The position numbers were made by a program, and so were the translations under genes. 64,000 nt of DNA from a virus. Each line of letters begins with the position of its first letter. The first letter of the stretch is position 1. The stretch lies in IMG/VR virus record IMGVR_UViG_3300031463_000001, positions 1 to 64,000 of that record, one strand, 5' to 3'. This document shows, piece by piece, positions 48,224-57,920 of the stretch. Under the pieces are notes generated by a model. The model was not told the DNA's origin and ran no database searches. It saw nothing but the letters and a program-made list of their open reading frames with translations.

Positions 48224-51048
48224 TTAACTTCCTCAAAACTTATAGGTCTTTCTATTTTACCTGACTTACTATTTAAACTAAAAGGACATCTTATACTTCC
48301 ACCTTGATGATATGTGCTAACATCTAATCTTAAATAATCTTCACTAGGAACAATTCCTGTAGTGGTTTTATCATATTTAGATACAATTTCATTATCCAAC
48401 AAATCTCTTAACTTTTTTCTAGTGGTAGTTATATTTTGAGGATTTTTAAAAAATATAAATAGATGATAACCTCTTCCACCAGTTTCAAATAGTTCAGTTT
48501 TAGATACTTCAAAGTTTTTCTTTATTAAATTATCTACATCTTTTATTATTTTTTTTAAATCTTTTCTATCATATTCAGAATGTACATCAAAATCTATCCA
48601 AGCTAGATTAGAGACTTTATCAGATAAAACTAAATGAAATTCCACTATTCTACCCGTATTTAATCTATCAAAATCCTCTTCAGTTTCAATTTTAAGAGGT
48701 TGATGTGTTTTGGAATCATTTTTCATAATTATAACATTTTCATTTGGTTTTAACCACAACATTGTATTAAAACCTTTTAAATATTTAAGAAGTTTAGATT
48801 TATTTGTGTTGTAGTAATTCCATATATCTTGTTCAGTCCATTTAGGTTTTTCAATAATTATAGTATCAGGATGAACGGGTTGGTAGGATTTTTTGAATAA
48901 AGAAATTTTTAGATGTGTGTTAACAACTAGATTGGGATTATTTTCATCTCCCCACTGATGTATAAAATCATTAACATACTCATATCTTCCTTCTTTAGAA
49001 TAATAATTTAAAATTTGATTTTTTGAATCATTATCATCTATTTTCCAATCTGTGATAGTTTCTCCCGCTTCCATATAATCACCCTCTTTTATTAATCTTT
49101 TTACTATTAATTTTTTTAAATCATCATCTAAATATTGTGGATATTTATTTTCGATTAATCTTATTAAATTACTAACATATATAGAAGGATTAGAAACAAA
49201 AGAAATAATTTCTTCTTTAGAAAAAGTAGGAGCTAATTCAGGCCATTTTTCAATATATCTTACCCAATCTTCGATATCATTTATTTCTTTAAATTTATTT
49301 AACACAAATTGTTTTAATTCCAAATTTTTTACTTTAAAAGTATTAATTAAATCAGCTAATTTTTCCCAATTTTCTTCTTTTATAAATCTTTCAATTTCTT
49401 CTTTAACTAATGTTTCTTCTGAAATATTATCTAATTTTGATTTATACTTAATATAAAGAGTATATGATTTTTTTCTAAGTTGTTCTAAACCCTTTTCTTT
49501 TAGTTCAGGGGTTAAAAAATCGAATCCCCAATTTTTTTCGATTTCTTCAATCCACCAATCTAAACTGTTTCTATTTATTAACATCTCAACTATTTTTCTT
49601 TTTAAGTCATCAGAAATTGATGGAAATCTTTTAATTATCTCTCCAAGATACCCTTGTTGTAACAATTTTTCTACAGTTGGTTTTTCAATCTTTATATTAA
49701 GAGTTTCTAAAATTTGGGGATGATCTTCAAAAAGATCTATATTTTCTTCTACATATTTTTTTAAATTATTTTTAGACTCTTCAGTTAATTTATCTTTATA
49801 TTTTAAAATTTCTTTTATAAAAGCAGATTGTAAATCGGAATTTCTTTCCATTTTATCTAATGATTTAATTGCTGAATTAAGATATTCATAATATTGATCT
49901 TTTGTACTTTGTTTAGCTACTGTTTTCCAATATTCAAATGCTGAAATTGGATTAGATTTAATTTCATCTATAATTTGTTCTTTTAATTTAGGATCTAAAT
50001 TAGTTTTTTCAAAGGTACTTTTATTTATTATATACCCAATTAAATTTAAAAAACTTCCTTTATTTAAAGGTGTTCCGCCTCCTCTAATTACTACAAAATC
50101 ATTAGGAAGACTTAAAACATAATCTATTAAAACTTGTTCGTTTAATTTATCTTTTATTAAATCCAGATAATTAAAAAATAAATCCCATTCTATAGGTGTT
50201 AATACTTTATCTTTTATTTCAATATGATTATATATTTTGTTTAATTTTTCAATTAAATCTTCTTTACTCATTTCTTTTTGTTCTTTAATAGGATACTTAA
50301 AAATAGGTTGCCATTCTTTTAATACCCCATAATCTTTGTCTAAGATAAAGATCGTACTATCAGATAATGATTTATTTAATGTACTATTTACTCCATCTTC
50401 TCCTCCAATAGCAAAAAGAGGAACTCCATTTTTAAAAATAAACCAAAATCCAATTTCTTTAGTTTTTGGATTTTCCCAATATTGCTGAGCATAATTTAAA
50501 TTATTAATACACCACATATTGTATCCCTTATTAGCTAATTCGATTATTCCTTCAGAAGATAATGCTTTATAGAGAACATATTGATCTCCTTCTATGTTTT
50601 TAGTATCTACTACTTCATAATTTATTTTTTCTTTTTCGGATGAGAAATTTAAAATTTCATCAATATCTTTTCTCTTTAAAAGTGAAGGATATTTGGTAAA
50701 CTTTTCTTTTAATTCATCTAATTTATCACTAATCTTATCATAATTAGTAAACAATAATTTAAACATATTTACTATATCAAAATCTTTAAGAGGAGAAATA
50801 GGTTGAGTTTCTATTTCTTTTACATTAATATCCAACCATTCTTCTCCTTTACGCTTATGGATATATTTTTCTTTTATAGTATCTAAATCTTTCTCTACCC
50901 TCAAATATGGAGAAAGAACATACACAATATCTAAAAATTTTTGGGTATAAGAGGGATTACCTAAAAACTCTTTTACATTAAATAATTCTTTTAACTTTCC
51001 AGCAATTTTAAAAATAGGTAACCAATCTTTTATGTCAAATTTATGCAT
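48220..51048 (-). CDS. Large multidomain protein: helical solenoid with a C-terminal LigD-type primase-polymerase (AEP) domain
   Basis: HPD.II...TEQDIWNYY, VEFH, WIDFD, TGGRGYH, RLD, R.PFSL in the last ~220 aa. Confidence 0.8.
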   Translation of the reverse strand: MHKFDIKDWLPIFKIAGKLKELFNVKEFLGNPSYTQKFLDIVYVLSPYLRVEKDLDTIKEKYIHKRKGEEWLDINVKEIETQPISPLKDFDIVNMFKLLFTNYDKISDKLDELKEKFTKYPSLLKRKDIDEILNFSSEKEKINYEVVDTKNIEGDQYVLYKALSSEGIIELANKGYNMWCINNLNYAQQYWENPKTKEIGFWFIFKNGVPLFAIGGEDGVNSTLNKSLSDSTIFILDKDYGVLKEWQPIFKYPIKEQKEMSKEDLIEKLNKIYNHIEIKDKVLTPIEWDLFFNYLDLIKDKLNEQVLIDYVLSLPNDFVVIRGGGTPLNKGSFLNLIGYIINKSTFEKTNLDPKLKEQIIDEIKSNPISAFEYWKTVAKQSTKDQYYEYLNSAIKSLDKMERNSDLQSAFIKEILKYKDKLTEESKNNLKKYVEENIDLFEDHPQILETLNIKIEKPTVEKLLQQGYLGEIIKRFPSISDDLKRKIVEMLINRNSLDWWIEEIEKNWGFDFLTPELKEKGLEQLRKKSYTLYIKYKSKLDNISEETLVKEEIERFIKEENWEKLADLINTFKVKNLELKQFVLNKFKEINDIEDWVRYIEKWPELAPTFSKEEIISFVSNPSIYVSNLIRLIENKYPQYLDDDLKKLIVKRLIKEGDYMEAGETITDWKIDDNDSKNQILNYYSKEGRYEYVNDFIHQWGDENNPNLVVNTHLKISLFKKSYQPVHPDTIIIEKPKWTEQDIWNYYNTNKSKLLKYLKGFNTMLWLKPNENVIIMKNDSKTHQPLKIETEEDFDRLNTGRIVEFHLVLSDKVSNLAWIDFDVHSEYDRKDLKKIIKDVDNLIKKNFEVSKTELFETGGRGYHLFIFFKNPQNITTTRKKLRDLLDNEIVSKYDKTTTGIVPSEDYLRLDVSTYHQGGSIRCPFSLNSKSGKIERPISFEEVK

Positions 51049-51057
51049 GAATTTTTC

Positions 51058-51528
51058 TTATTTTAAAATTTGATCAACTTTTGAAGCTTCCTCTTCTCCT
51101 TTCTTTTTCTTAGTATAATCAACAATTTCTTTCTTTTCTTCTTCATTTAAATTCCATCTCTTTATCAAATCTTTAAACACTGATACAAAATTCACATCAA
51201 TCATTTTCTTTATAATGGAGATTATATAAAATCTATCTTTAATATCACTTATATGTGGGTTATCTTCAAGTTGTCTAATTTTTTCTAAATCCATATTTTT
51301 AAGTGCCTTTATGAACATCATATATTTTGAATCATCTGTTAGAGTTTTTTCCCACGCTTCAGTTAAGGTTTCCTCTAATTCTTTTTCAGTTTTTTGGGTT
51401 CTTTCAAGTACTTCTTCTCCATATGCTTCAACATCTTCCCATTTATAACTCTTTAATATTAAAGGATTTTTTAATATTTCTCCAATATTTATCTTACCTT
51501 CTTTTATCAACTTTATAAGTTTTTTCAT
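51058..51528 (-). CDS. Hypothetical helical protein with tag-like INIGEILKNP
   Basis: SD ggagg; resembles the helical region of the 942-aa protein. Confidence 0.7.
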   Translation of the reverse strand: MKKLIKLIKEGKINIGEILKNPLILKSYKWEDVEAYGEEVLERTQKTEKELEETLTEAWEKTLTDDSKYMMFIKALKNMDLEKIRQLEDNPHISDIKDRFYIISIIKKMIDVNFVSVFKDLIKRWNLNEEEKKEIVDYTKKKKGEEEASKVDQILK

Positions 51529-51538
51529 TTATTCCTCC

Positions 51539-52117
51539 TTAAATTAATTTTTTCAAATTTTCTTTAAGCATATCTACATATTCGTTATACAAAGAATCAA
51601 GATCCGATTCTAATTCCTTTTTCATTATTTCTTGCTTTACTTCGTTTTTATTAAACATTTTTAAAGCATATTTTAGGTCTTCCAATATACTCCTTAATTC
51701 ATTAATTTTTTTCTCAATAGGAACTTTTTCCTCTAGCAAGCTATCCCAATATTCATTTAAATTTATCAAATCTTTTACTACTTCTTCATTACTTAAGTTA
51801 AACTTTAATTCAAACTTTGTATAATCAATAAAATCATCTGATTTAACTATTTCAAAATTTTTCCTTATTAATTTATCAACTTTGTCCCAATAATCTGGCA
51901 TAATCTCAATATCCCACCTATCGAAAAACCTTTCTAATTTTTTTTCTCCTATCTTTTCAATTGTTTCATTATCAATATCTATAGTTGGTTTATAAACATC
52001 AATTTCAAAAATTTCATCATCTTTACTACTCCAACTTTCATCAACTTCTTTAATTTTGTCTTTTACTTTAACTATATCAGCTAATTCAGGATATTTTAAT
52101 AAATCAGATATATTCAT
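51539..52117 (-). CDS. Acidic coiled-coil protein, ISDLLKYP family
   Basis: MNISDLLKYPEL start; similar layout to 52117-52689 and 54278-54844. Confidence 0.75.
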   Translation of the reverse strand: MNISDLLKYPELADIVKVKDKIKEVDESWSSKDDEIFEIDVYKPTIDIDNETIEKIGEKKLERFFDRWDIEIMPDYWDKVDKLIRKNFEIVKSDDFIDYTKFELKFNLSNEEVVKDLINLNEYWDSLLEEKVPIEKKINELRSILEDLKYALKMFNKNEVKQEIMKKELESDLDSLYNEYVDMLKENLKKLI

Positions 52118-52689
52118 TAGGTTAACTCCTTAATTATTTTATCCCACATTTTTCTATATTTTACATATAGAGGAGGTAATTGGGGTCTAAGTAATTCTTG
52201 ACTATTCTCCCTTATTTGTTTATTTATTTCAAAATTATTTAAATCATGTTTAGCATTAACATTCCATCCCGAATATGTATCTTTTAAATCTTCTATTGGT
52301 CGATCACTCTTTAAAAGAAATTCAATTTCTTTTATTTCATTTTTAAAATTTTTCATAATTTCTTTATTACTTATACTAATAGGCTTAGCTTTAAGGATAA
52401 GTTTATCCTCACTTGGTCTAAATTCATAAATATCAAGATCATATGCTTCGACTACTTCGCTTACTTCATCCAAGTATTTTTTACGAGTCTCATTATATAA
52501 TTTGTGTAATTGTTCCCATTTTTCTTCATTATCAAATAATTCATGTTCAAGTTTTTGAGGAATTACTAAATCATCTATTGTAAAAACAGATATTTCTGAT
52601 TCGGGATTATTTAGGATATCTTTAATTTTATTGTAGGTAACTAACACATCACCTAAAAAAGGATATTTTAATAAATCAGATATTTTCAT
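52117..52689 (-). CDS. Acidic coiled-coil protein, ISDLLKYP family
   Basis: MKISDLLKYPFL start. Confidence 0.75.
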   Translation of the reverse strand: MKISDLLKYPFLGDVLVTYNKIKDILNNPESEISVFTIDDLVIPQKLEHELFDNEEKWEQLHKLYNETRKKYLDEVSEVVEAYDLDIYEFRPSEDKLILKAKPISISNKEIMKNFKNEIKEIEFLLKSDRPIEDLKDTYSGWNVNAKHDLNNFEINKQIRENSQELLRPQLPPLYVKYRKMWDKIIKELT

Positions 52690-54281
52690 GGTTCTAACAC
52701 ATCCAGAAATTTATTTATCAAATCTATTTGAGAAGGAGTAAAAATCCATCTTTTTCCATTTTGTTTTTCAAACCACGATCTTGCAGTATTACCTAATACA
52801 TCTGCAGTAGCTTTCCAATCAGCCACCATTTCCAAAATATATTCATTTGGCATTCTAGAGGCATCTACTTTTTGGGTTGCATTATCTGGATCTTCACCTA
52901 CTATTTCTACTTTATCACACCAATATTCTGGATGATGTTTACTATTTTTAATGTGATGGAATAAAACTTGTTTTTCATTTTCTTTTAAAGGTTCTTTAAT
53001 CTTGTTGAACTTTTTGTAGGTTAAATCAATATAAGGAGTTCTTTCAGGTTCTTTCATTTTCAATTCATCATGTTTTTCTACATTTTTTAATGCGTCTGAA
53101 TATTGAGGAAACGCTTTAACTAATTTTTTAACATTATTTTTTACTCTATTAACATGGTTAGCTATATGGGCTTGATATTCTTTTTCTTTATCATTCCAAA
53201 AAGGATCTTTTAATAAAGCTTTAATTTCTATTTTATTATTTTTAACTAAATTCAAAAGGTTAGCTTCTTTTGATATTTCATTCCAATTAGGTATTTGTTC
53301 TAATCTTAAATCAGTAGGATCAATTCTTTTATCTGGTCTAATCCTAACAAAAGTAGGTATCCTTAAAGCTATTCCTGTATCTTCTCCTAAATATTCTAAT
53401 GTTTTTTCATCATAAACAGGTACATCTTTTACAAAATAACTTATTGCTTCAACCTCTATTACATATTTAGGTTTAACAAATATTCTATCTTTTTCTTGAT
53501 ATAATTTATCTTGTTGAGATATTTTTAACCATTCTTCTTTTTCTTTTTGATCTAACCCACCCACATTTCCTGCATATCTAAACTTATTTTCTTTATCCAT
53601 AAACGCTAAACCCAAAGAACCTACCATTTCTGGATGCTCCTTACTTTTCTCTATAAATATTACACCTAAATCAAATGTTAAAGTTGGTTTACATTTATAA
53701 ATATTCTTATCTGTATAAATAACAGCTCCTTCGTATTTTTTAGTTATAACTAAATTCCAATCATTAGTGTAATCTTTCATTTCAATAATGGGATGAACTA
53801 ATTTTCCACTTTCAAAAATTTTTCTAACTTTTATTATTCCATCTTCAACTTTTTCATCATCTAAATGTAATACATCTAAAACATAAAATCTAATTTTGGT
53901 TTCATCATTTGGAGAAGGTTTATTAACAAGGTGGAGTGTTTTATTAAAAGGAAGCATATATCCTTGATTGTCAGAAGCATATAATTCACCTACAATTAAA
54001 GCAAATGTTATGGGGTGGGATTCTAAAATTTGACGGATCTCTTTAAGTACAGGTAAATCTTTTCTAATTATTCCATTTTGGGTAATGAAATAGGGATCGT
54101 CTCCATATTTATAAACCAAAAGATTTAAAATTCCGTCTATCTTAAAAGTTATATATTTAACATTTTCTTTTTTTATTATCTTATCAATATCCTCGAAATT
54201 AATGGTTTTCATACTTTTCTCTTCTTTCCATTTTTGTAATATTGGTAAAAATTTATTTTGTTTGTCTATTTTTTTAATCAT
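52686..54281 (-). CDS. ATP-dependent DNA ligase fused to a C-terminal HD-like (DUF5662-like) domain
   Basis: Ligase motifs KIDG, GELY, FYVLDVL, EGAV, KCKP, LRIPTFVRIRPDK; then H...H...HD.LK...HH..SKHHPEYW...MP..YILEMVADW. Confidence 0.85.
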   Translation of the reverse strand: MIKKIDKQNKFLPILQKWKEEKSMKTINFEDIDKIIKKENVKYITFKIDGILNLLVYKYGDDPYFITQNGIIRKDLPVLKEIRQILESHPITFALIVGELYASDNQGYMLPFNKTLHLVNKPSPNDETKIRFYVLDVLHLDDEKVEDGIIKVRKIFESGKLVHPIIEMKDYTNDWNLVITKKYEGAVIYTDKNIYKCKPTLTFDLGVIFIEKSKEHPEMVGSLGLAFMDKENKFRYAGNVGGLDQKEKEEWLKISQQDKLYQEKDRIFVKPKYVIEVEAISYFVKDVPVYDEKTLEYLGEDTGIALRIPTFVRIRPDKRIDPTDLRLEQIPNWNEISKEANLLNLVKNNKIEIKALLKDPFWNDKEKEYQAHIANHVNRVKNNVKKLVKAFPQYSDALKNVEKHDELKMKEPERTPYIDLTYKKFNKIKEPLKENEKQVLFHHIKNSKHHPEYWCDKVEIVGEDPDNATQKVDASRMPNEYILEMVADWKATADVLGNTARSWFEKQNGKRWIFTPSQIDLINKFLDVLEP

Positions 54282-54844
54282 TTTCCTTTATTTTTGATTA
54301 TGTCCTTTAATGTTTCTTTTAACATTTCTTCATAATCAGATTTAATTTTTTTAATTTCTTTTTCTATTTCTTTAATAGCATCCTCATTTTCTTTTTCAGT
54401 TTCTTCCAAAATTTTCAAGGATTCCTCTAAACTTTTCCCATATTCAACTATAGCTGAAATATTTTCTTCTATATTTTTTTCTTTAAACAAAATGTTTAAC
54501 TCAAACAAATCATCATGCATACTTTCTAAAATACTTCGTAAACTTTGTTTTGGAATTAACTTAAAAGAGGAAACACTCCACTGATCTTTTAAATCAAAAT
54601 TTTTCTCTATGATTTTAGTAGCATTCTTATAAAAATTAGTCATTAAATATTCATATTGATCATAAAGAGGTTTCAAATCTTCGTCTGAAAGAAAATCAGG
54701 AATTTTTATTTTAGGTTCTTCTATATCAAGTTCATAATTATCTATTTCTTCTAATTCATAAAGTTGAGTAACTTTTTTTGCATTATTATAAACTTTAATG
54801 ACATCCACTAATTGAGGATATTTTAATAAATCTGAAATGTCCAT
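54278..54844 (-). CDS. Acidic coiled-coil protein, ISDLLKYP family
   Basis: MDISDLLKYPQL start. Confidence 0.75.
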   Translation of the reverse strand: MDISDLLKYPQLVDVIKVYNNAKKVTQLYELEEIDNYELDIEEPKIKIPDFLSDEDLKPLYDQYEYLMTNFYKNATKIIEKNFDLKDQWSVSSFKLIPKQSLRSILESMHDDLFELNILFKEKNIEENISAIVEYGKSLEESLKILEETEKENEDAIKEIEKEIKKIKSDYEEMLKETLKDIIKNKGK

Positions 54845-54854
54845 CTTTGTAAGG

Positions 54855-54890
54855 GATCTAGGGAGAATATTTTTTGTGTCTCCCTAGATC
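54855..54890. promoter_or_regulatory. 12-bp stem-loop gatctagggaga/tctccctagatc between chaB and the next gene
   Basis: Perfect stem with no U tract on the coding (-) strand, so probably an RNA stability or processing hairpin. Confidence 0.6.
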
Positions 54891-54900
54891 TATTTTTGGG

Positions 54901-55236
54901 TTAATCTTTTCTTACCCATTTACCATCTTCGGTTTTCTTGTATTGTTCTTTTACAGCACTCCATGCAGCTCGAGCAGCATATTCATCACTTTTTCCATAT
55001 TCTTTACTAGAGTTAAAAACTCCCATCCAAATATCTTGGGCATGCACAGGAAGTTCATCAATCATCTTTCTAATTTTTTCTCTACTTGATTTAGGTCTTT
55101 CTCTAAGTTCCTCTGCAACCTCTTCTTTAGTACTTTCAGTAGCAGCCTTAATAACTCTAGCAAGTTGAGTTTCATCTAACGAAGCCAACCATTCGTTTAA
55201 TTTGGTTGGATTATTTAGCAACGATTTGATATCCAT
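54901..55236 (-). CDS. chaB: ChaB family protein with an N-terminal extension
   Basis: LPVHAQDIW..VFNS.....DEYAARAAWSAVKEQYKK..DGKW. Confidence 0.85.
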   Translation of the reverse strand: MDIKSLLNNPTKLNEWLASLDETQLARVIKAATESTKEEVAEELRERPKSSREKIRKMIDELPVHAQDIWMGVFNSSKEYGKSDEYAARAAWSAVKEQYKKTEDGKWVRKD

Positions 55237-55246
55237 TTTACCTCCA

Positions 55247-55651
55247 TTAATCTTTTATCTTTTTCAATAAAGCTTCAATCACTTTTTTAATTTCGTAAGC
55301 GGGATAACTCTTTAAAAACCATTCCAACTTTTCTCTTTTAGCTAAAAATTCAATATATTCAGTTATAATATCTTCATCTCCACTTTCTAATATAGCTTTT
55401 TCTCCTTTAATAAATCTATTTCTTAGTGTCCATTGAGCATATTCTAATGACATTTTAGCATCGGTGGCAATAATATCTTCTACTTCAGGAACAGGGTATT
55501 TACTTCTATAATAAACGTATTCAGAAATTATATCCTTATTTCGGGTATATTTTAGTAGTTCAGAGGCGGTATATTCATCATCTTCATCAAGAGCCCTCTT
55601 AATTCTACCTTCTAATCCACCTGGTTCTTTTAATAAATCAGAAACATCCAT
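55247..55651 (-). CDS. Divergent member of the helical-repeat family (start moved from 55702)
   Basis: MDVSDLLKEP; EDIIATD..SLEYA...L.NRFIKGE.AI...YIEFL...KLE.FLK.YP. Confidence 0.75.
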   Translation of the reverse strand: MDVSDLLKEPGGLEGRIKRALDEDDEYTASELLKYTRNKDIISEYVYYRSKYPVPEVEDIIATDAKMSLEYAQWTLRNRFIKGEKAILESGDEDIITEYIEFLAKREKLEWFLKSYPAYEIKKVIEALLKKIKD

Positions 55652-55669
55652 ATAAGTATCCCTATAAAT

Positions 55670-55685
55670 AAATCGATTTTGATAA
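55670..55685 (-). promoter_or_regulatory. Near-match to the late motif (ttat-caaaa-tcgattt)
   Basis: Sits where untagged genes end and the tagged cluster begins. Confidence 0.4.
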
Positions 55686-55689
55686 TCAA

Positions 55690-56055
55690 TTATTTTATCC
55701 AATTTAATTGAACCAAATCAATTTTCTTTAAAAAATACTTTTTTGTATCCTCTCCATAAACAATCACTATTATATACATTTTCTTTTTAGATAATCTTAT
55801 AAAGATTCGTTTCACATTTCCATTTTTCATTATTCTAATAGGGTAAGATACAAATTCAAAAAAGAAATTAAACAATATTTTTATTGCATCATTATGATCA
55901 ACTTCTCGTCTTAAATTATGTTTATTCAATATTGAAAACAAAATATTTAATCTTTTTAAAGCAAACAAATGATGTTTATAGAAGAAATATTTTACAATCC
56001 TACTAATCAATTCGTGACTATTTGGTCGAATTATCCGAAAGTTTTTCGGATTCAT
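55690..56055 (-). CDS. Hypothetical basic protein
   Basis: ORF in operon orientation. Confidence 0.55.
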   Translation of the reverse strand: MNPKNFRIIRPNSHELISRIVKYFFYKHHLFALKRLNILFSILNKHNLRREVDHNDAIKILFNFFFEFVSYPIRIMKNGNVKRIFIRLSKKKMYIIVIVYGEDTKKYFLKKIDLVQLNWIK

Positions 56056-56260
56056 TATTATTCTCCTTTTCTTTTTCTACAAGATTAACTTCGCTCTCTT
56101 TCATTTTATTAAGATAAAAATATTTCCATGCGATTCCATTTGCTACACATTTTCCACAATACCATCTTTTTACATTCAAGGGAGCTTCTTTTTCGGAATC
56201 ACAACCAGGAACGCAACATTTGATTGTCTTATATTCTCTTTCGATTTTATTATGTTTCAT
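56018..56260 (-). CDS. Small Zn-ribbon protein
   Basis: CCVPGC...WYCGKC; SD aggagg. Confidence 0.65.
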   Translation of the reverse strand: MKHNKIEREYKTIKCCVPGCDSEKEAPLNVKRWYCGKCVANGIAWKYFYLNKMKESEVNLVEKEKENNNESEKLSDNSTK

Positions 56261-56275
56261 CGTCTACCTCCTTTT

Positions 56276-56884
56276 TTAATCCTTTTTAGTTGAATTAAAT
56301 TCGATATCAAAAAGTAATTTTTCAGTAGTAGATAATTCGGGTAAATTCCAACCTAATAAAATCATTCCATCATTTTTAACCTCAGCCAATTTAGTCTCCT
56401 CTATTTTTCGTTTATCAAAAGGTAAAGTTATGATATGAACTCCCTTTGGAGTATAATATTCTCCTAAAACCTTTATATTTTCATTTTGGATTATTTCCTT
56501 AACTTTAAACACATTTTTATACTCATCTATATCTATTAAATATTTTTTATCGTCTTTATCTCTAGATTCAGGTTTCATTAAGGCAGAAATAAAATTACCT
56601 TCTATCTTAAAATAAAAGATATCTCTTTGAGTATTAATATGTCTTAACCTTTCTGCCTCTAATTGAGCCATTTTGAAGTGATGAATTGCTTTAGTCATAT
56701 TTCTTTTTATTAATGTTGAATATATCCTATATCCAGGTTTTAGATTAGCCATTTCATATCTAACCACATTAATGAATTGTTCCCTATGTCTAGAAATAAT
56801 ATGTCGTTTATTTTTATCTCTATCAGTTATCATTATTACTCTTACACCATCAGAAAACTTATCTACTAAAAATTCGTTAAACAT
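56276..56884 (-). CDS. Possible small AEP-superfamily (primase-like) protein
   Basis: RIYST...YLIDID...TPKGVHII (DxD and His motifs). Confidence 0.45.
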   Translation of the reverse strand: MFNEFLVDKFSDGVRVIMITDRDKNKRHIISRHREQFINVVRYEMANLKPGYRIYSTLIKRNMTKAIHHFKMAQLEAERLRHINTQRDIFYFKIEGNFISALMKPESRDKDDKKYLIDIDEYKNVFKVKEIIQNENIKVLGEYYTPKGVHIITLPFDKRKIEETKLAEVKNDGMILLGWNLPELSTTEKLLFDIEFNSTKKD

Positions 56885-56895
56885 TTCCCCTCCCT

Positions 56896-57555
56896 TTAAA
56901 ATTTTCTATAAAAATTTCTAAAAGGTATAACCTTAAAATATTTTGGATCTAATTCTCCTCTAATTACTCGTTCATTTATTTCTTCCTGAGTTTTATCTAA
57001 AATATAATCAATATAATTAAAATTTTTAGAGAATAAAATTTTAGGTGGAATTGGATCTGATTTCTTCTTAAGTGGGTTATTTATTTGGTTTTTATGTTTA
57101 AATGTAGGATTATGAAAAGATTTATCTACTATATTAAATTCATTGTTTGGAGGTTGATTTATTTCTTTCGATTCTTGATTAAAAGGTTCATTGGTTGTAG
57201 GTTGATTTATTTCTTCAAATTCTTGATTAAAAAGTCCATTATTGTTTGGAGGTTGATTTATTTCATCAGATTCTTGTTCTTGATTAAAAGAGGTTTCATT
57301 TCCACCTGCAATTATAGCTCCTCCTGTATCAAAAGGTATAGAAGTACGAGGATTATTATCCAAATATCTAATACCTAACCAACTCTCACAGGCACCTCCT
57401 AAATTAGTTTTATCAGATTTTGTCATACCATCTTTAAATAAAACCCAAGTATTACTTTGAACTTCACCTTCATGTTCTTTAATTTTTTTCCAATTACTTT
57501 GTAATACTCTTACATTATAATCATTTCCAAATCTGAGTGCAATTATTTCTATCAT
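56896..57555 (-). CDS. Hypothetical protein with an internal FNQE..EINQP tandem repeat
   Basis: ATGA overlap with the upstream gene; three N/Q-rich repeats. Confidence 0.7.
   Translation of the reverse strand: MIEIIALRFGNDYNVRVLQSNWKKIKEHEGEVQSNTWVLFKDGMTKSDKTNLGGACESWLGIRYLDNNPRTSIPFDTGGAIIAGGNETSFNQEQESDEINQPPNNNGLFNQEFEEINQPTTNEPFNQESKEINQPPNNEFNIVDKSFHNPTFKHKNQINNPLKKKSDPIPPKILFSKNFNYIDYILDKTQEEINERVIRGELDPKYFKVIPFRNFYRKF
57141..57290 (-). repeat. Three imperfect ~48-54 bp tandem repeats (core ggttgatttatttc)
   Basis: Directly visible; encode EINQP(P/T)xN..FNQE. Confidence 0.85.
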
Positions 57556-57920
57556 ATATATCCTTTATACGTTTTACCTTCCCTTGTTTCGGGATGTATT
57601 AAAGTTACCAAAAGTTGTATCAGTTCTACTACATCATCTGCATCTAACATGTTTGTTTCCTCTCCTTCATTCCCATCTTTTATATACCATCCTTTAGAGT
57701 GATCGGGCATCATTGTTAACGTAGTATTTCCTATTCGTATTGTAAATGCTAATCCTATACTATACTCAATTTCATTTCCATTTTCATCTTTTTCAGTAAT
57801 TAGGGGATCCCAAACATCTCCTCCACCATCTCTTACTACTTCAGCCATTAAATTTGAAGGACTATGATGAAAATTGAATCTATTATATTCATTATCTCTT
57901 AAACCTACACTCCAACTCAT
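57552..57920 (-). CDS. Hypothetical protein
   Basis: SD ggag; coupled to ruvB. Confidence 0.7.
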   Translation of the reverse strand: MSWSVGLRDNEYNRFNFHHSPSNLMAEVVRDGGGDVWDPLITEKDENGNEIEYSIGLAFTIRIGNTTLTMMPDHSKGWYIKDGNEGEETNMLDADDVVELIQLLVTLIHPETREGKTYKGYI

